A DNA stretch of 64,000 nt from Yuukianura sp. NJ FZ-2021. Taxonomy: Eukaryota. The stretch is taken from assembly GCA_046563655.1 (NCBI GenBank), contig CM102288.1, positions 124,001 to 188,000 on the forward strand. The letters are read 5' to 3'. Made by a program: the position numbers and the translations under genes. A model generated the notes under the pieces. That model was not told the origin of the DNA and searched no databases. It was given only the letters and a program-made list of their open reading frames with translations. This document shows positions 1-14,075 of the stretch, in pieces; position 1 is the stretch's first letter, and every line of letters starts with the position of its first letter.

Positions 1-219
1 AAAGTATCGCCAATTTTAGAATTTCTGAAGTTGTGAAAAGCACTAAATAATTTTTGTGATGAAGAAAGAAAGTGTGATTTTGGATCTGCGTGGATTTGAA
101 CTAGAGTAATCGTTAAGCGCCGAGGCAAAAGGTTAACATTCGTGTCCTACCGCTGGGTTAAAAGTTTTAACACAAAAGTTAAAAGTTTTAACCCAAAAGT
201 TAAAAGTGAGTTTTAAACG

Positions 220-2648
220 TCACTTGTATATATATTGCTTGAGTAGGTCATTCCCTAGGTCAACTACGAGGATTTCTCTTTTGCTCATCACAAGGACGTC
301 ACTCGGTCGCTTCAGTTTGGACGTGAGGGAGTCGATAGTGGACAGAAGTTTGGCGTCCTTGAAGACATGGACGACACTCCGTCCTTTTTCTGTCCGAGTG
401 GCAATCAACAGCCCTTCCCCGTCCACACACACTCCTCCAAATCGTCCTTTCCCGTCCATTTGAATTTCAGTTCCAGCGTCACTGTCCAGCGTCGATTCCA
501 AATTGAAAAGGTAGAGTGACATGTCAGCCACAACTAAACAGCGTCCATCTCCACTCACAGCGATTCCTCCCATCAAAGAGAACTTCCTCCCCACTTGTTT
601 CTTGAGTTGTCCAGTGGAATCCAGGATAAAAACTGCGTGTGCTCCGTTGTCAGCCACATAAATATTTCCTTTCCCATCGACAGCTAGTCCAATTGGTTCT
701 GAGAATGAATCATGTCCAAACTTGGCCACTGTTGTTCCATCTTTCGGTGAAAGGCGTGTCACCATCTTTGACCTCCAGTTCACGATCAGTAGAGTCTCAG
801 ATTGACTGCAGTAAGCAATCCCAGTACAACTCCGACCCTGCAAAGTCATTCCGAAAATAAAATTCAAAATCTAAAACTCAAAAATTCAAAAAAAAAAATT
901 TTTTTTTTCCAATCCTTACCTCCAATGTTTCATTGTTGAGAATTCGTTTGGTTGTGTTATTTTGATCTAAAACGACAACTCGAGCATTTCCAGTGTCAAG
1001 GATGAACGTTTCCAGTTCCGTCTTTGCTCCAGAAACAGGTTGACATAATTCCCCACGTCCAAAGACCTTGATTGGATTGTTGTGCGGAGTAATGTTGAGT
1101 TGGAAGTCTTGTCCAATGGGTCTTCCGAAGATCTCGACATGGACTGTGTGCTGACCAGGTTCAAAAGGCGTAAAGCTAATCACATAAGTCCCGTCTTCAC
1201 GATCCTCCACTCGAATCGCTGGAGTGTGCGCTGATTTCTTAGGAGTAGTGAGCCCCACTCGAACAGGATCACCTCCAGTTTTTCTCTCTTGGTTTTGGTA
1301 GTCGCGTGTTTCCAGCATGAGTTCCACTTCAACTCCAACTGCCAGTGTTGGATCCGCCTCCATGTTGAGCGTACACAGCGGGGGAAATGTCGTTGAAGTT
1401 TGAATGTCGGTGGACACAGCCCCCTCCAGTGACATGAGGTCGCTTTCTGTCTTGCATAACAAGTACGCGTTTTCTCGCGGATGTCGGAGAGATAGAAACG
1501 AGTCCAACTGGGTCGACAGCTCTGAGATACGCTTCGTAATGTGACGAACCTAGATGTAAAAAAAAATTTTTTTTAGTCTTTTGTTCGAAATCATTTTTAA
1601 GTTTTTAGAAAATTAGTAACCGTATTACTTCAACTTGGTATTCGAGTCCATCGCAAGTTTGTCTAACTTTTGCCCTCTCCTTCTCGATCAGCTCTAATTG
1701 TTCCTTCAGTTTCTCTTTTTTGGCTCCAGCCACTTGCTTAATTTTTGCCAAGAACGTTTGTCTTCTTTTTTCCAGGAGCAAATTGGCCTCTTCAAAGGCT
1801 TTGTTCGCAACAGCCTCGGCACCTTCAGCAGCTACTCCCAACTTTCGTATTTCTTCAGACACGCTGTCTGTTGCTTCGTTTAACTGCAAAACACAAACAG
1901 TTAATCATAAAAATGTGCCTACTTTGGAAGTAGTAAAGAAACAGTACTAAAAAGTACTTTTGAGTACCTTTGCAAGACACTCGTTGGCCTTGTACAGAAG
2001 AATCTCCGACATTCGTTTGATAGCAATCGAAAACGGAATAACCGTGTGGTCACCGTTCTGGACACTTCCATTGTGAGGAGAAGGAACGCAAACGGCACAG
2101 AAAACAGAATCACACGTTTCACAAAACAGAAGTTCCTGCAAACAAATACATTATTTATACTTCAAAGTTAAAAACTTAAGTTTTAATTTAAAATGTTTGT
2201 GTTTGATTGCCTGTGTTGGATGATTGGAGCATTTGGGAACGACTTCTCTTCTCTGCGATGCCATTAGATCCAGCAGTTGGTTGACGAGGAAAGAAGGCGG
2301 CAGAGCAGAAACTCCGCCTCTCGGAACATGAATCAATTCTCGACAAATGGGACATCGAAACGTAGAGCTTTCTCTGGGCGTTCCAACACCGGTTAAACTG
2401 ACACCAGCAGATGAGACAGTGGAACTGTAAGACGATAGCGTTGTGACGGGCACTGCTGCTGCTGCAATCTTCGTCAAGCACTGGAGACACACCGTGTGAG
2501 AGCATTGGAGGAGTTTGGGTGTGTGTTCCTGCCCGTCGTAACTGCACAGACAAGTGCCGCAAGTGAGAAAACTCTCGTTGAAGTCTTCGTAGTTGATGGA
2601 CACTGTTTCCACTAGAGTGGAAGTCATCCTCACCAACTCATCACCCAT
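220..2648 (-). CDS. TRIM-NHL protein (RING, B-box, coiled coil, filamin, NHL repeats), TRIM2/3-like, multi-exon
   Basis: RING CGTC...CSHTVCLQC...CPIC; B-box FCETCDSVFCAVC; filamin repeat (RKTGGDPV, DREDGTYVISFTP); NHL repeats (PIGLAVDGKGNIYVADNG). Exons join at GT-AG introns plus one probable GC-AG intron. Confidence 0.9.
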
Positions 2649-4215
2649 CCGGGTCCTAGGATAAAAACAAAATCAATTCAAACAGTTCAAACTACGTAAT
2701 GGAACTTAAGAATTTGGCGCTTGAGAACTCACTGGAACGCTACTCGCTGGAGACCTTCCTCCATGCAAACCCAACAACTGACTGAGCTTTTCTATTTTTG
2801 AGCTAAGTAGTTAGTGATTGGAAAGCCAGAACCCGGAAGGAGAGAGTGACAACAAAAAATGTTTGTTTATTGGGAAGTGTTTGGATCTGTTCCGTGAGAG
2901 AGGCACAAGATTACATTTTCCAAACAAAGTGGCAGCTGCTCCCTCTCTCCCGTAGTATTTTTAGGAAGCATTGGACCAAGTTCTTCTAATAAGGTGGTTT
3001 TGTACCAACTTCCGGTTCTCCCTACTGTTAGTCTTACCAGGAACTTATCTAAAAGGGCACAACCAAACAAAAACAAATAAGAACAAAATCAATTTGGATT
3101 TTAGAAAAGATATTCAGATCAAAACAACAAATCTTCAAAGGAGAAAGTGTTGAAATAAAACATAAACAAAAAAACAAAATCAATACAAAGTAAGGTCAAC
3201 AATCAAGGTCAATAGAAGATGAAAGGCGAGAGGGATAAGGCACAAAGTTAGTTGAACAACTACTACTCGCAACCTTTTTAGTGTGAAGATAAATCGATAA
3301 ATGAGTCATAGCAAAGTAGCCATGCCTCATCATCATCTGGAACACGAAAACACCACCTCTTCCCAAGAGTTTTTGATGTTTTAGGTACTACTTACTTCGA
3401 TTACTGCGCGATGCCTAACTTGTCAGTCACTTTTTGAACGTATTGGAGTCCTTCCATTTAAAGAGGCTATGCATGTCTCCAAACAAAGGTCATGACCCTT
3501 GGGAAGCTTGCTTTGATGAGCAAATGACTCCGAACAAGGAACCAGTCAGCTGCTGGAGGGAACAAAGTTTCGTCACCAAACGATCCGAGTTCTTTTTAAC
3601 TTTTTCCCTTGACTTTGACCACTTTAGAGACGATAAGATGATAAGAAAGAGCGTAAATGCGTCTTGCCCCCTTCCTTGTCAACTACTAATTACACAAACA
3701 CTTTCCTCTTCTTCAGCCAAAGTGTGAAGTGGCTCTCTTCTTTGTTTTCTTTATCAAAAGAATTTGAAGTGAAGTGAGAGTGAAAGTGAACAAATATCAA
3801 CAAAATCAGCTGAGCGAAGCGGCTAATTCAAATTTAAATTTTTGGATATTTCAATGGCATTTTCTAGTTTTGCATTTCGCAATGGCAATTGACAAAATCA
3901 AATTAAAAAAAAAATTTACATTAGAAAAATCATTCGGGCCTTCCTATGGTGGGCGGGGTTTCTTATTTTATTCGTAATTTCGCATTTACAGTTTTGCAAT
4001 ATGAAATCTGAGTTTTGCCATTTGCCATCGCATATGATGCATGTTTTGTCTCCTCATTTCATTCATCAACTTTTGAAAAATCTTGCCTTTTCACTACTGT
4101 AATTGTTGAATTTCAATTTAAATGTACATACTTAATCTTAATTAATTAATGAGAACACTTAAATATTAATTATCTTCGATAGGTTCACTTGAGACTTTTA
4201 GGATTTAACAAAAGA

Positions 4216-5325
4216 ATGGGAAGTGACAGTGAGGATAAATCCACTGTGGTAGATGTAACATCTAGCACAGAAAATACAGGACATCGCGAACCTTTGGAAG
4301 CAGAAAAGAGGATCACGATCAACGATTTACCAAGAGAAACAATCGTAAGGTGTACTCTAAAATGCTTTCCTGAGTTTCGCTAACTCTAACTAATTTGTGT
4401 GCCTTTCATTCGTAGATCAACACAGCAGCCAAATTCCTGTCTAATCCTCGCGTTCAGTTTACTGCACTCGAACAGAAACAAAGTTTTCTAAGGCAAAAGG
4501 GACTGACGGAACAGGAAATCCAAGAAGCTTGTCGGAGGGCAAGCCTAATTACCCCAACTTCAAACAATGAACAACTACAAATGCAACAGGTTAAAAATAA
4601 CAAGTACATAGTATTCCAAATTAGAACAAGAAGACGAATTTCTGAATATTTTGATCTGTTCACAGATTAGTCTTCCTCCAGCGCCTATTCCATACCCGGG
4701 GGCGATGTGTCAAAAATCAGATTTCCCTTTGTGGTTCAAACTGAAGGAGATTGGGAACGTGGTTGCTCTGTTGTCAATTGGTTCCTATGGCCTCTACTCA
4801 CTCTGGAAATCACACATTGCTCCATGGCTCTTCGGAACAACTTCAAAATCAGACCAACAGAATCGGGCTTTACTTTCAGCCATTTCTACTCTGACAACTA
4901 GCGTCGCTGAACTGCGTGTCCTCATTTCCAACTTGGATTCTCGACTTCAAGTTCAGTCTAAACTAAAGGCAGCTGAAGAGAGTGAACGACGACCTCAAAG
5001 AGATTCAGCTTTGGAAGAAGTTCGTTTAGAGTTGAGTTCCATCAAGGCCCTTCTTCTGTCTCGTACTCAGTTCCCCTCTTCTCCTGGCATTCCCTCATGG
5101 CAGCTCGTGGAAAAAGAAGGAACTTCGAGAGAAGATTCGCGTGATCACAGTCCGCATCCGAACGAGGAACAGGGAGTTGGGAACAGGAAGGAAGAGGAAT
5201 GCAGAAGTGGGAGGAAGCAGTCGTCATCCGGTTCTCACGAGTCCATTGCCCTCCACTCGGATGCTTCCTCCTGCGAAGTAGTCATCATCGGTGGGAAGCA
5301 GGATTCAGATCACTCCGACGATTAA
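4216..5325 (+). CDS. PEX14: Peroxisomal membrane protein PEX14 (3 exons)
   Basis: Exon 4416-4589 encodes INTAAKFLSNPRV...KQSFLRQKGLTEQEIQEA (Pex14 N domain), followed by a TM segment, coiled coil, ELSSIKALLLSRTQFP and IPSWQL. Confidence 0.92.
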
Positions 5326-5487
5326 CAAACGTTTAGCACTAATCAACTTCCTAGTTCTAAGAAAAAGAAGAGGAAACTTGAATGGTGTGAAATTCAAAGT
5401 CATTGGGTTCAATTTGTTGAGGATATTGGAAAAATAAATGGTTTTTACTGGAACAAAACAAGATGGAAGTACTGAGGTAATTGTTAA

Positions 5488-7254
5488 TTAAATGTTGTTT
5501 GGACTTTGTTGCCATTTGAAACAGAAGCCACCGGAAGCATCGTTGAAATTCGCTGCTCCAGTAGCTGGTGGCAGTTCCAGTCCATCCGTACGAACTCCCA
5601 GCATGAACGGTTTCAGATTCGCTGTAAGAATGAATTCCAATTAACAATCAATTATAAAAAATTAAATGAAACAATTTTTAATTGATTGTGTTTTAGGTAA
5701 ATGTTACTTCTGATGACACTGTTGGCGTAACCGAAGAAGATGTCACAAAATCTGTCAGAGAAGGACTGCCCTGAAGCGATTCCAGGGCCAGGGTAGTTTC
5801 CTGTCATTGTGAAGGCAGGAGTTGGTACTCCTCCGGGAATCACGACATAGTCAACAGTGTTCGTGGCGCCGCATGTCATCGGACCAGGAATCGTCGTAGT
5901 TTGTGGCCCAAGTGGAGTTGGGCCAGTGAATCTCACATCCCCAACATTACAAGCTGACCACTGAAAAGTAAACCAAGTTTCAATTTAGAAAAAAATTCTT
6001 GTTTTCAAAAAAATTAATTTTGTCAAAATTGTATTTTACTTCAATAGATCGCATTCCTTCTTCCGATCGGATACAAACGGAGTATCCGAGATTTGCCAAA
6101 TGCTGACCTCCCATGAAGTTGAAGCTGGATACTTGCCCTGTCACTCCTTGGAAATACTGCAAGCATCCCGACGGTGCTCGTACTTGAGCTCTACAAGGAA
6201 TCATAAGTAGTTCGATGTTCCACTCTCTGTCTCTGTCAGCACTGGCACTCATGAGCACATTCAGAGTGATTGTATCCGAAGATCCAAAGTCAAAGTACAC
6301 TGAAAACAACAATTTTAGTACTTAGGATTCAATTTTACACTTTTTAGTTTTTAGTTAGGTAGTGTTTACTGTGTTGGCCATCCATGTTTCCGCAGACGGG
6401 AGGAGCGCCTTGGGCGGTGACTGTGAACATGTCGTTTTTGCAAATGCCTGCTTCGACGCCCATAGTTGCAGCGCCGCCTCCTCCGCCTGGAGGTGCTGCT
6501 GGAACGGAGGGGCCATCAAGGTCAAACTTCAAAAAGTTGAGGCGCAGTTGACAAGTGTTGATTTGACGCCGAATTCGGATTTGGCAAATGTCGCTTCCGC
6601 TGGGCGGACGATACTTGTTCGGAAAATCAGGATTTCGGAAGAACGTTTGATTTTGGTTCACAATCGAACCACAACTGCTAAAAACTATATCCAACTTTTA
6701 GTAGTTTTTCAGAAAAGTGTGGGAAAATTTGATTTATTGCAAACGTTTTAGGAATTTTTGAACTTATGAACTTACATTGGCAACAAACTCCCAAGCCAGT
6801 AGCACATGTCCCTGCAGCTAGTCCTCCTAAAGCCTGACACTGCGGTCTAACAATTAATTAATTAGCGTTTAATTATTTAGATTAACTGAAATTTAATTGA
6901 AATTAATTAAATTAATTGAAAACTCAGTTAAGAATTACCTGGTGTAACAGACGCCATTCTCTTCGTTCACTGTTCGGCAAGGTTCGTTTGAAAATCGAAC
7001 CAAAGTGAACAATGGAAAAACTGAAAAGTTCAAAATTAAGCACAACCGGGATTCCCTGTTTTTTAAAAACTCTGAAGTTTCCGCTTACATTTCCCGTGTC
7101 TTTCAGAAACGTTTGCAGAGTGACCTTGATTGAATTTGTGCTGGTGAAATGTGGCGAGTGTTGTAGAATTAAATTCCTCTTGATGACCTTTAGCTTTGCC
7201 CAAAATGACCAAAATGAAGGCAGTTGCAGTCGTGATGACCTTTGACCCACCCAT
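5488..7254 (-). CDS. Secreted CUB-domain protein (arthropod expanded family)
   Basis: Signal-like N-terminus, GLGVCC module, CUB motifs (CQLRLNFLKFDL, APSGCLQYF, VSSFNF, YSVCIRSEEG), ends GFCFKWQQSPNNI*. Confidence 0.8.
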
Positions 7255-8547
7255 GTCCAACGTCCCACCTACTGGTGACAACTACACGACGAGTGACATG
7301 GATTTCATCTCTCCATCCTCATTTATACAAACCTATTTTTGAATGTTCCTCTGATTTATGGTGACAACCATTTGTTCATTTGCAACGGAAAACAATTAAC
7401 CAATCAACATTTACGACCCATTTCCCCTGCAGTCCATGACGAAAGTGACCTCCATAGCTCCAAAGGTCAACGCAACTTTTCCAATGTAAAAACTTACCTG
7501 GTTCACACCCAACTTTAAAAAAAGTTTATCAAAAATGCTTCCTGTGCAAAGTGCAAAAGTATTTTCCAAATTGCAGGAAAGTTGCGTGAATCCCCCTCCA
7601 GTTTTGATGGGAATTTCTGTTTTTGCACTGCGCCTTTCCTCCTTGGATTGATTGACCGAGAAATTTGATTGACCTACAATTCACACGACACGGAAAAGAC
7701 AAGGGAAAAGTGGGAACCATAAAAAGAGGCATAACTAATTAGTCAATTAATTCAAGCCCTAGTAAAAAAAAAGATTTCCGTTAAGAAGAATTTTACATAG
7801 ACTTCTCTCGCCAGATCTCCGAGTACTTGAGCAGCATCACTCAAACGGATGCGGAATTTTGGGAATTGAAACGCCTCAGAAATGTCGGAAGGGAAGAGAA
7901 GATTTTGAGACGGTTTAAGAGTTGCGTTGCTAGCCCATTGCAGGAACTTGTTAAAATCTGCAATGCAAACCGCAATGCACCCTCAGCGTCTCCTGCCCTT
8001 TGACCTCCAACACTTTCCAAATACTTTTGCACGTTTTAAACTGAAGTAAGTTGGATCCTGATGTGGAGGTTTATAAGGCTCCTTGAGCGGAAGTAGTTAA
8101 TTGGAGGAAGGGAGACTGGAAAGGAACTTTCCCACAGGAAAACAACTTAAGACGGGCACTTAGACACTTCCACTCTGATTCATAATCTGATCAAACACAA
8201 AAGTTCACATCCAATCACCAAACAATCCTCAAATCCACAAAAACAACTTCTCACAACCAACACTCACGCCAACTTCAAAACATTTTCAACATTTTAAAAA
8301 CCTCCCAATTCTCCATTTCTTAGCACCAATTCCAAGGACTTTTGTATTCTTCAAAGGAATGATTCTCATATAAATACTTCTGGTTTTTAAATTTTAAAAG
8401 TACAAATAGGAAGTGTCAATGCTAGAAATGGAATGTGACAAGAGCTTTAGCGGAATACTGCAATCTTACAGATTGTGAATGTAGATTAACGAATGAAATC
8501 TAAGTGAAGATCTTGATTTGGATGTCATGATTCTGCTCAGAGTGAGG

Positions 8548-10069
8548 TCAAAGGTTGGTGAACTCTTGTCTGTTGGTGAGAACAGCCTTCATGAAGTCCC
8601 CTGTCAATTTCTCCATAAAGTGTCTTCCGTTGAGAACAAAGGGGGAGAGCCCTTCGAGGAATCCAAGATGTCCGCCGTACTTTGTCGTAATCAGAGTCAG
8701 TTTGGAGTTTGGAGCTTCAGCTTCCGCGTAAGGGAGATCTGGATGGAGATAATGCCTTGATTAACGAGGAAACGAATTAAAGTGAATGATGATTGGAACT
8801 CACATTGACCGTATTGAATTGGATCATCAGTTGCAGACAAAGCAAAGACTGGAACAGGAAGCAAATGAAGTTTCCCAGCAGAGGAGCACTCGGCGTAATA
8901 GTCCAAATCACACTGGAATCCATAGGATTGCGACGTTATCAAACGATCAAAGTCACGAACAGTTTTACACTTTTTCATCTTCTCTTCACAGTACCACGAC
9001 TCAGACCGCAAGATTCCGCCATAACTGAAAAGTACAACAAAAGCATTACTTTTTTAGTCAGATGAAATGTAAATAGAATGATGAATGAGTTACTATTTCA
9101 TTCTGCGTTTCAAATCAGCACAGATGGGGTAGTTGATTAGATATTTGTTCAAGGGTGTTTCGATTCCTCGACTTGCTCCTTCGAGACAAAATGCACAAGA
9201 GATCACTAGACCACCAAGCACAACGTCCTTCGCTGCTTCTCCAGTTTTGATCAAGTAGCGATTTAGCGTGATACCACCAAACGAAGTTCCCACAACCAGG
9301 AATCTGTCTTGAGGAAACTTCTTTTTCAAGTGGGCCAAGATGTCAGCCAAGTCATTAATCGTAGCAGCACTGTAGGACTTTGGAGTCTGTGAACAAAAAA
9401 TTGGGTGGATGAATATGTAGTTCTGTTAGATATGCTCTTACTCTAGAAGCCCATAAAGGTTAAGTTTAAAGTTTAAACTTACTGAAAGTGGAACTCCGCC
9501 AAGTCCCCGGTAGTTTAGAACAAAAACTTCTGCTCCTGCGTCTGTAATGGCCATTACGAGAGATTTGACATAAGACGTTTGAGATGAGCTCGTAAGTCCC
9601 GGTAGGAATAAAACCCGTAAAGTTTCACTGAAAAAAGAACAGTTTGGATTTATAGAGTTGAAGTACTCTGTTTTTAAAGAAGTGTAAAGCACCTGTTAGG
9701 AGAAGACGCCGGAAGGAAGTCGAGTCCTACTTGACCACCATCACGCAGCAGCACAATTTCACGTTGATACGGAAGTTTAAATGTTGGTGGAAAACGTCGA
9801 TTGATGGCAAAGATAGTTTGTAGAATTCCATTCCAGATGAAAGGTGCTGGCCAGTATCGCTGCTGACTTGTGTCCACATGCCTTACAAGGAACTTTCTCA
9901 TCTTCTCATTCCCCGTCCGAATCTTCGGTTTCTAAAATCCAAAAAACAAGGTCAATACAAAGGAACGTGTGACCTTGGACTATGAACTGCTTACCCGAAC
10001 AACATAAATGAGATAAAATGCAGTAACAGAAGCCAAGAATGACGAAAGGTACAATGCCCAGCCACTCAT
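8548..10069 (-). CDS. Alpha/beta hydrolase, ABHD1/2/3-like phospholipase
   Basis: N-terminal TM segment, DGGQVGLD, LPGLT, NYRGLGG, nucleophile motif GTSFGG, ATDDP, GGHLGFLEG. Confidence 0.88.
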
Positions 10070-10871
10070 TGTTGATTGTAGGATTTAAATCCCGACTTAT
10101 CCTCGATAATCGATATCCGTCAGATGAGAAACGTTAGGCCGTGTAACTTACGCGAGAGGGACGTCGCTCAATGGACGAACAGCACACGAAAGTGGACGAA
10201 AGTAATCAGGACATCTCGTTTATGACACTAATAAACCGGTTCTCGCCCTTTAATTAACCGATGACTTTCTATCCTCTCCTTCACGTTTACTCGAACTTAT
10301 TTATTTTGTTTTGATTTTGACTTTTGGAATTTTGAAAATAGTTCCCGCAATTTAATCTCAAGTTCAAGTCTTAGGAGTGTCTAATGCTGGGATAACCATT
10401 CAGCAGCTTCTGTTGTTTTCAGAGGATTAGCCTCTAAGGTGACTTTGAACTTGAGACGAAATGACAAAAACAAAAGTTGTAAAAGCAGCTTGTTCGCTCG
10501 GGATCCGCACTCCGGGTTGAGATTCACATAAATACTTCGGAGGAGTAGAATCCAACTCCACGAAGGGGTAAATCCTACTCCTCTCGCTCTCATATAAAAG
10601 GAAACACAAACCAAAATCACCTCAGTCCACAACTAAAAGAGCGAAAGAAGAGAACCAAACTAAACTGACGTTTACATTTACAGTTTCACTAAAAATCATA
10701 AATTACAAGGAAGGAGGGCAATATAAATGATAAATTCTAAAATTTGAGAATAGTACTTTAGAAAACTGGAAAAAGACATTGTAATTAAATTAATTTGCGG
10801 AACAAATGAACAATTATTCATTTTATTTTGAACACACTTTTTATGAAATGTTTTATAACTTTGGTGGTTGG

Positions 10872-13707
10872 TCAGATATCTCCGTAGTAGTTGGCAATCA
10901 TGGTCTTGACCTCTTGACCTTTCCGCTCAAGGTCAAGGTGAGCTGGCAGTCTTGCAGGTTCCTGCACTTCTGTTGAGTAATTGGTTATGTGTGATTGATT
11001 GCGAATTGATGTGGAACTGTCAAGACCATCTCCTTGACTGCGCACGAGTCGTAAACATCCTGGACACAGAAATTGAAGCCGCAGTTTTTCCAAAAATTCA
11101 CGTTCGCGAATTATTTCTGTTCGTTCTTCCGCTTGACGCTGTTTTTCCAAACCCATTGTCAAATCCAGTCCCTGCATTTTCTCACGGTACTCAACACGCT
11201 CTTTTTCCAATTCGCTCATTTTTCTTGAAAGTTCTAAACTCAACTTCTTGTTTTCAGTCTTCGAAGCTTCGATTTGCTGAAAAAGTTAAAATTTTGCATT
11301 GTAGTAATAGATTTTTTAACTTTGAATTTTTTAAAAACCTTTTTCGTTTCGTCAGCATCCGAAATTTTGATGCGTAAAGTTGTTTCTAAATCTTGGATTT
11401 GTGATCGTTGACGCTCAATTTCACGCCGTTCGGCTTCGATTTGAATTCGCTCATCTTGAAGTCTCCGCTTCTCAACATTAATTTTTGCAATTGACTCCGA
11501 CATGGCACTCCGCTCATCTTTGAGTAACTTCAGTTCCATCTCGTTCGTCGCTGATTGGTTGTTGAAGTTAGCCATTGGCCCAGCATTGGTCAGATTCATG
11601 TGAAGCCAGGTCGAAAGGTCATGGAAACTCTGGAAAATGTGCTTCTGCTCTCCTTCCATCTGACGCTGCGATTTCTAAAAATGTAATTTAGAAAAAAAAG
11701 TTAAAAGAATTTGCATTTCCAAGAAAAACAAATATGTTTTTTCCAAAATTTCATTTTTTTTAGCTTGCCTGGAGGGATTCATGCTTCAACTCAAAATCGC
11801 TGAAAAGACGCTGAATCTCTCTACGCGATTCGCGAATTTGGAGAGAAAGTTTGTCTTTTCTACGATGATCTTCATGTTTCGCTTCCATCGCTTGTGTCAT
11901 GCTGGTCACTGTGCTTTTGATCAGCGTCTCTCGCATCTTCTTCTGCTCTTTCATCACTTTCATCACAACTTCTTCCAGGGCTTTTCCAGTCCTTTCTGTA
12001 ACAACATTTTATATTATTATTTATAAAAATTTAATTAATGAAATGATTTAATTCCACTTCGACTTTTGTTATTCTGGGGCTTGGTTAACCGTTATTTTGC
12101 GTTGAATTTTGCACAAGTTGGCGTTGAACTTCAGCTTGACTTTCCAGTTGATTATAAATGGAATCCAGTCGCTCAAGCATTCGCTGATCGCTGCCTGGTT
12201 GTTTCTTGGGATTTTCCAATCGCTGCGTCAGTGAAGATTCAAGGCTGTTCAAAAATTCCGCCAGTTTGGAATCGACCTTTTGACCTACGAGGTCAACCGT
12301 TGCTTCAGAAATATTTTGAGCGTCAGAATTGTGCTGAAGTTGAACTTGATTCAATTGGTCAGAAAGTTTGCTTAAAAGATGAAAGTATTCTTGGTTCTGC
12401 GATCGGAATTGAACCGGCCTCAGCTCTGCTTCCACCAATTCGGCCTAAGTTCAACAAATTTTTTAAAAAATTAAAACAAAATTTTGAAATTGAAATGGAC
12501 TGAAATTTTGAAACTGATTAAGATTTGCTCTGCTCATGCGTGTACCTTGAGACGTCCAATCCTGTCGTCATAGTCTTTCTGGACCATTTTGATTTCCTCT
12601 TTGAGCATTTCCTCTTTCCTTGCAAATGATTGCGTGACACATTGGATTTGGTCTTTATATGCTTGTTCCAGCATGGTCACTTGCCCTTCGTACAACTGCT
12701 TCTGACACTGGAACATCCTCTTGAGCTCTTCTTCGTCAATGACGTGGGAGGGTACTTGAAGGGTCGCCTGTTGCCCTGCAACTGTCCCTGAAGGGGCCTT
12801 CCGCACTGTCACCACTTTCTTGCGAACGCCTGCCCCATCTCCCCCAGCAGTCGCTTCGTCTTGAGGGGGGCCCTTACTGGTCAGTTTGTCCAGAAATGAA
12901 GGAAGGCCGGAGTCGGCAAAATCAGTTGGCGCAGGTTTTTCAACCGGTTTTGGCTTATTCTGCGCAGGTTGTTGTGGCTGAGGCATCTCGGCTGTGATTG
13001 GTTGTTTCAGTTTCAGCTTGTCAAAGAATGTCGGTTCGGCTTTCGGTTCGGTTGGACGAGTATTCATAGCTGGAGTTGTTCCAAGGTCAAAGAAATCCGG
13101 TACCGTCGAAGCCGTTTTCGGATCTTTCCTTTGCGGTATCGGAGTTGTATTGGCTGAAATCTGGGGCGAATCGGAACCAATTCCGAGCCAATCAGAATCG
13201 ACCTTGGACGGAGCAGAAGTTATTGGCTTGGCACTAGAAGGTTTAAGGGCGGGGCCCTTCAGAAACGGCTTTTTGGTGGGCCCTTCGTCCTTGGCTGCCG
13301 AGAAAGGGGCGTTGCCAAGGAGATTAGCATTTGGATTCGTCTTGGGCAGAGCAGTCAGTGGGACATTGGATACTCCGAGACTTGGTTTTTTCAGGGGTGA
13401 CCTTGGAAGGTCAGAGGTCAATGACCTTGGCTTGACCTCTGCTGGGTCGAGGTCATCTCCCTCTTCCTCTGAATTCGAAGGGTGACGTTGTAGTCCTGGA
13501 CGTCGCTTGGAGGTTGCTGCTAACTTTGGTTTCGACTTGTTCACTTCTTGTTTGCCTTTGTCAAGGTCGTCCCAATCCTATGAACAAACATTTTTATAAA
13601 GTAGGTAGTAAGAACTTTAAAATTTTTCTGAATTTTTTGAAACTTATAAATTAGAATACGTTCAAGAGTTTGTCTAAGTCTTCTCCATCTGAACCGTCTT
13701 CTGACAT
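10872..13707 (-). CDS. FBF1-like ciliary transition-fibre coiled-coil protein
   Basis: Acidic start, Pro/Ser-rich disordered half with DWLG motif, long C-terminal coiled coil beginning LEQAYKDQIQCVTQSFARKEEMLKEE; resemblance to FBF1 is from memory. Confidence 0.6.
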
Positions 13708-14075
13708 AATTTATTTCACTGCAGTGTTAATTTTTTCCGCTTTGAAAAAATTCACTTGATATTTTAAAAAAATAGTTGGATGTTTTAACTTTTGATCACC
13801 ACGATGCGGTCAGTCGCCGTCAGCTTTTATTCTGCTTTTCAAAATTTCATATTCTTGTTTTGATTTTTCGTTGCCATGACTATTTTGAGAGTGACGACGC
13901 CGCAAAATATTTTCAGTAGATCTACCAGCAACAACTATGAAGAAGCTATTACAGTAAACTAAAAACGACGCTAAACCACACCAAAATTTCAAATTTAACG
14001 GTAAGCTTACACTAAATGCTTGTTTTTTAATTTGGAATTTTGAAAATATGTAATTTGAAATTTTGAGTAGCCGCG

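Noticed and set aside
155..218. GTTAAAAGTTTTAAC tandem palindromic repeat
   Set aside because: Low-complexity AT-rich repeat without spacers; not CRISPR-like.
12994..13485. Long antisense ORFs (also 6362-6751, 39563-40036, 55765-56130 and others)
   Set aside because: Shadows of real exons on the opposite strand.
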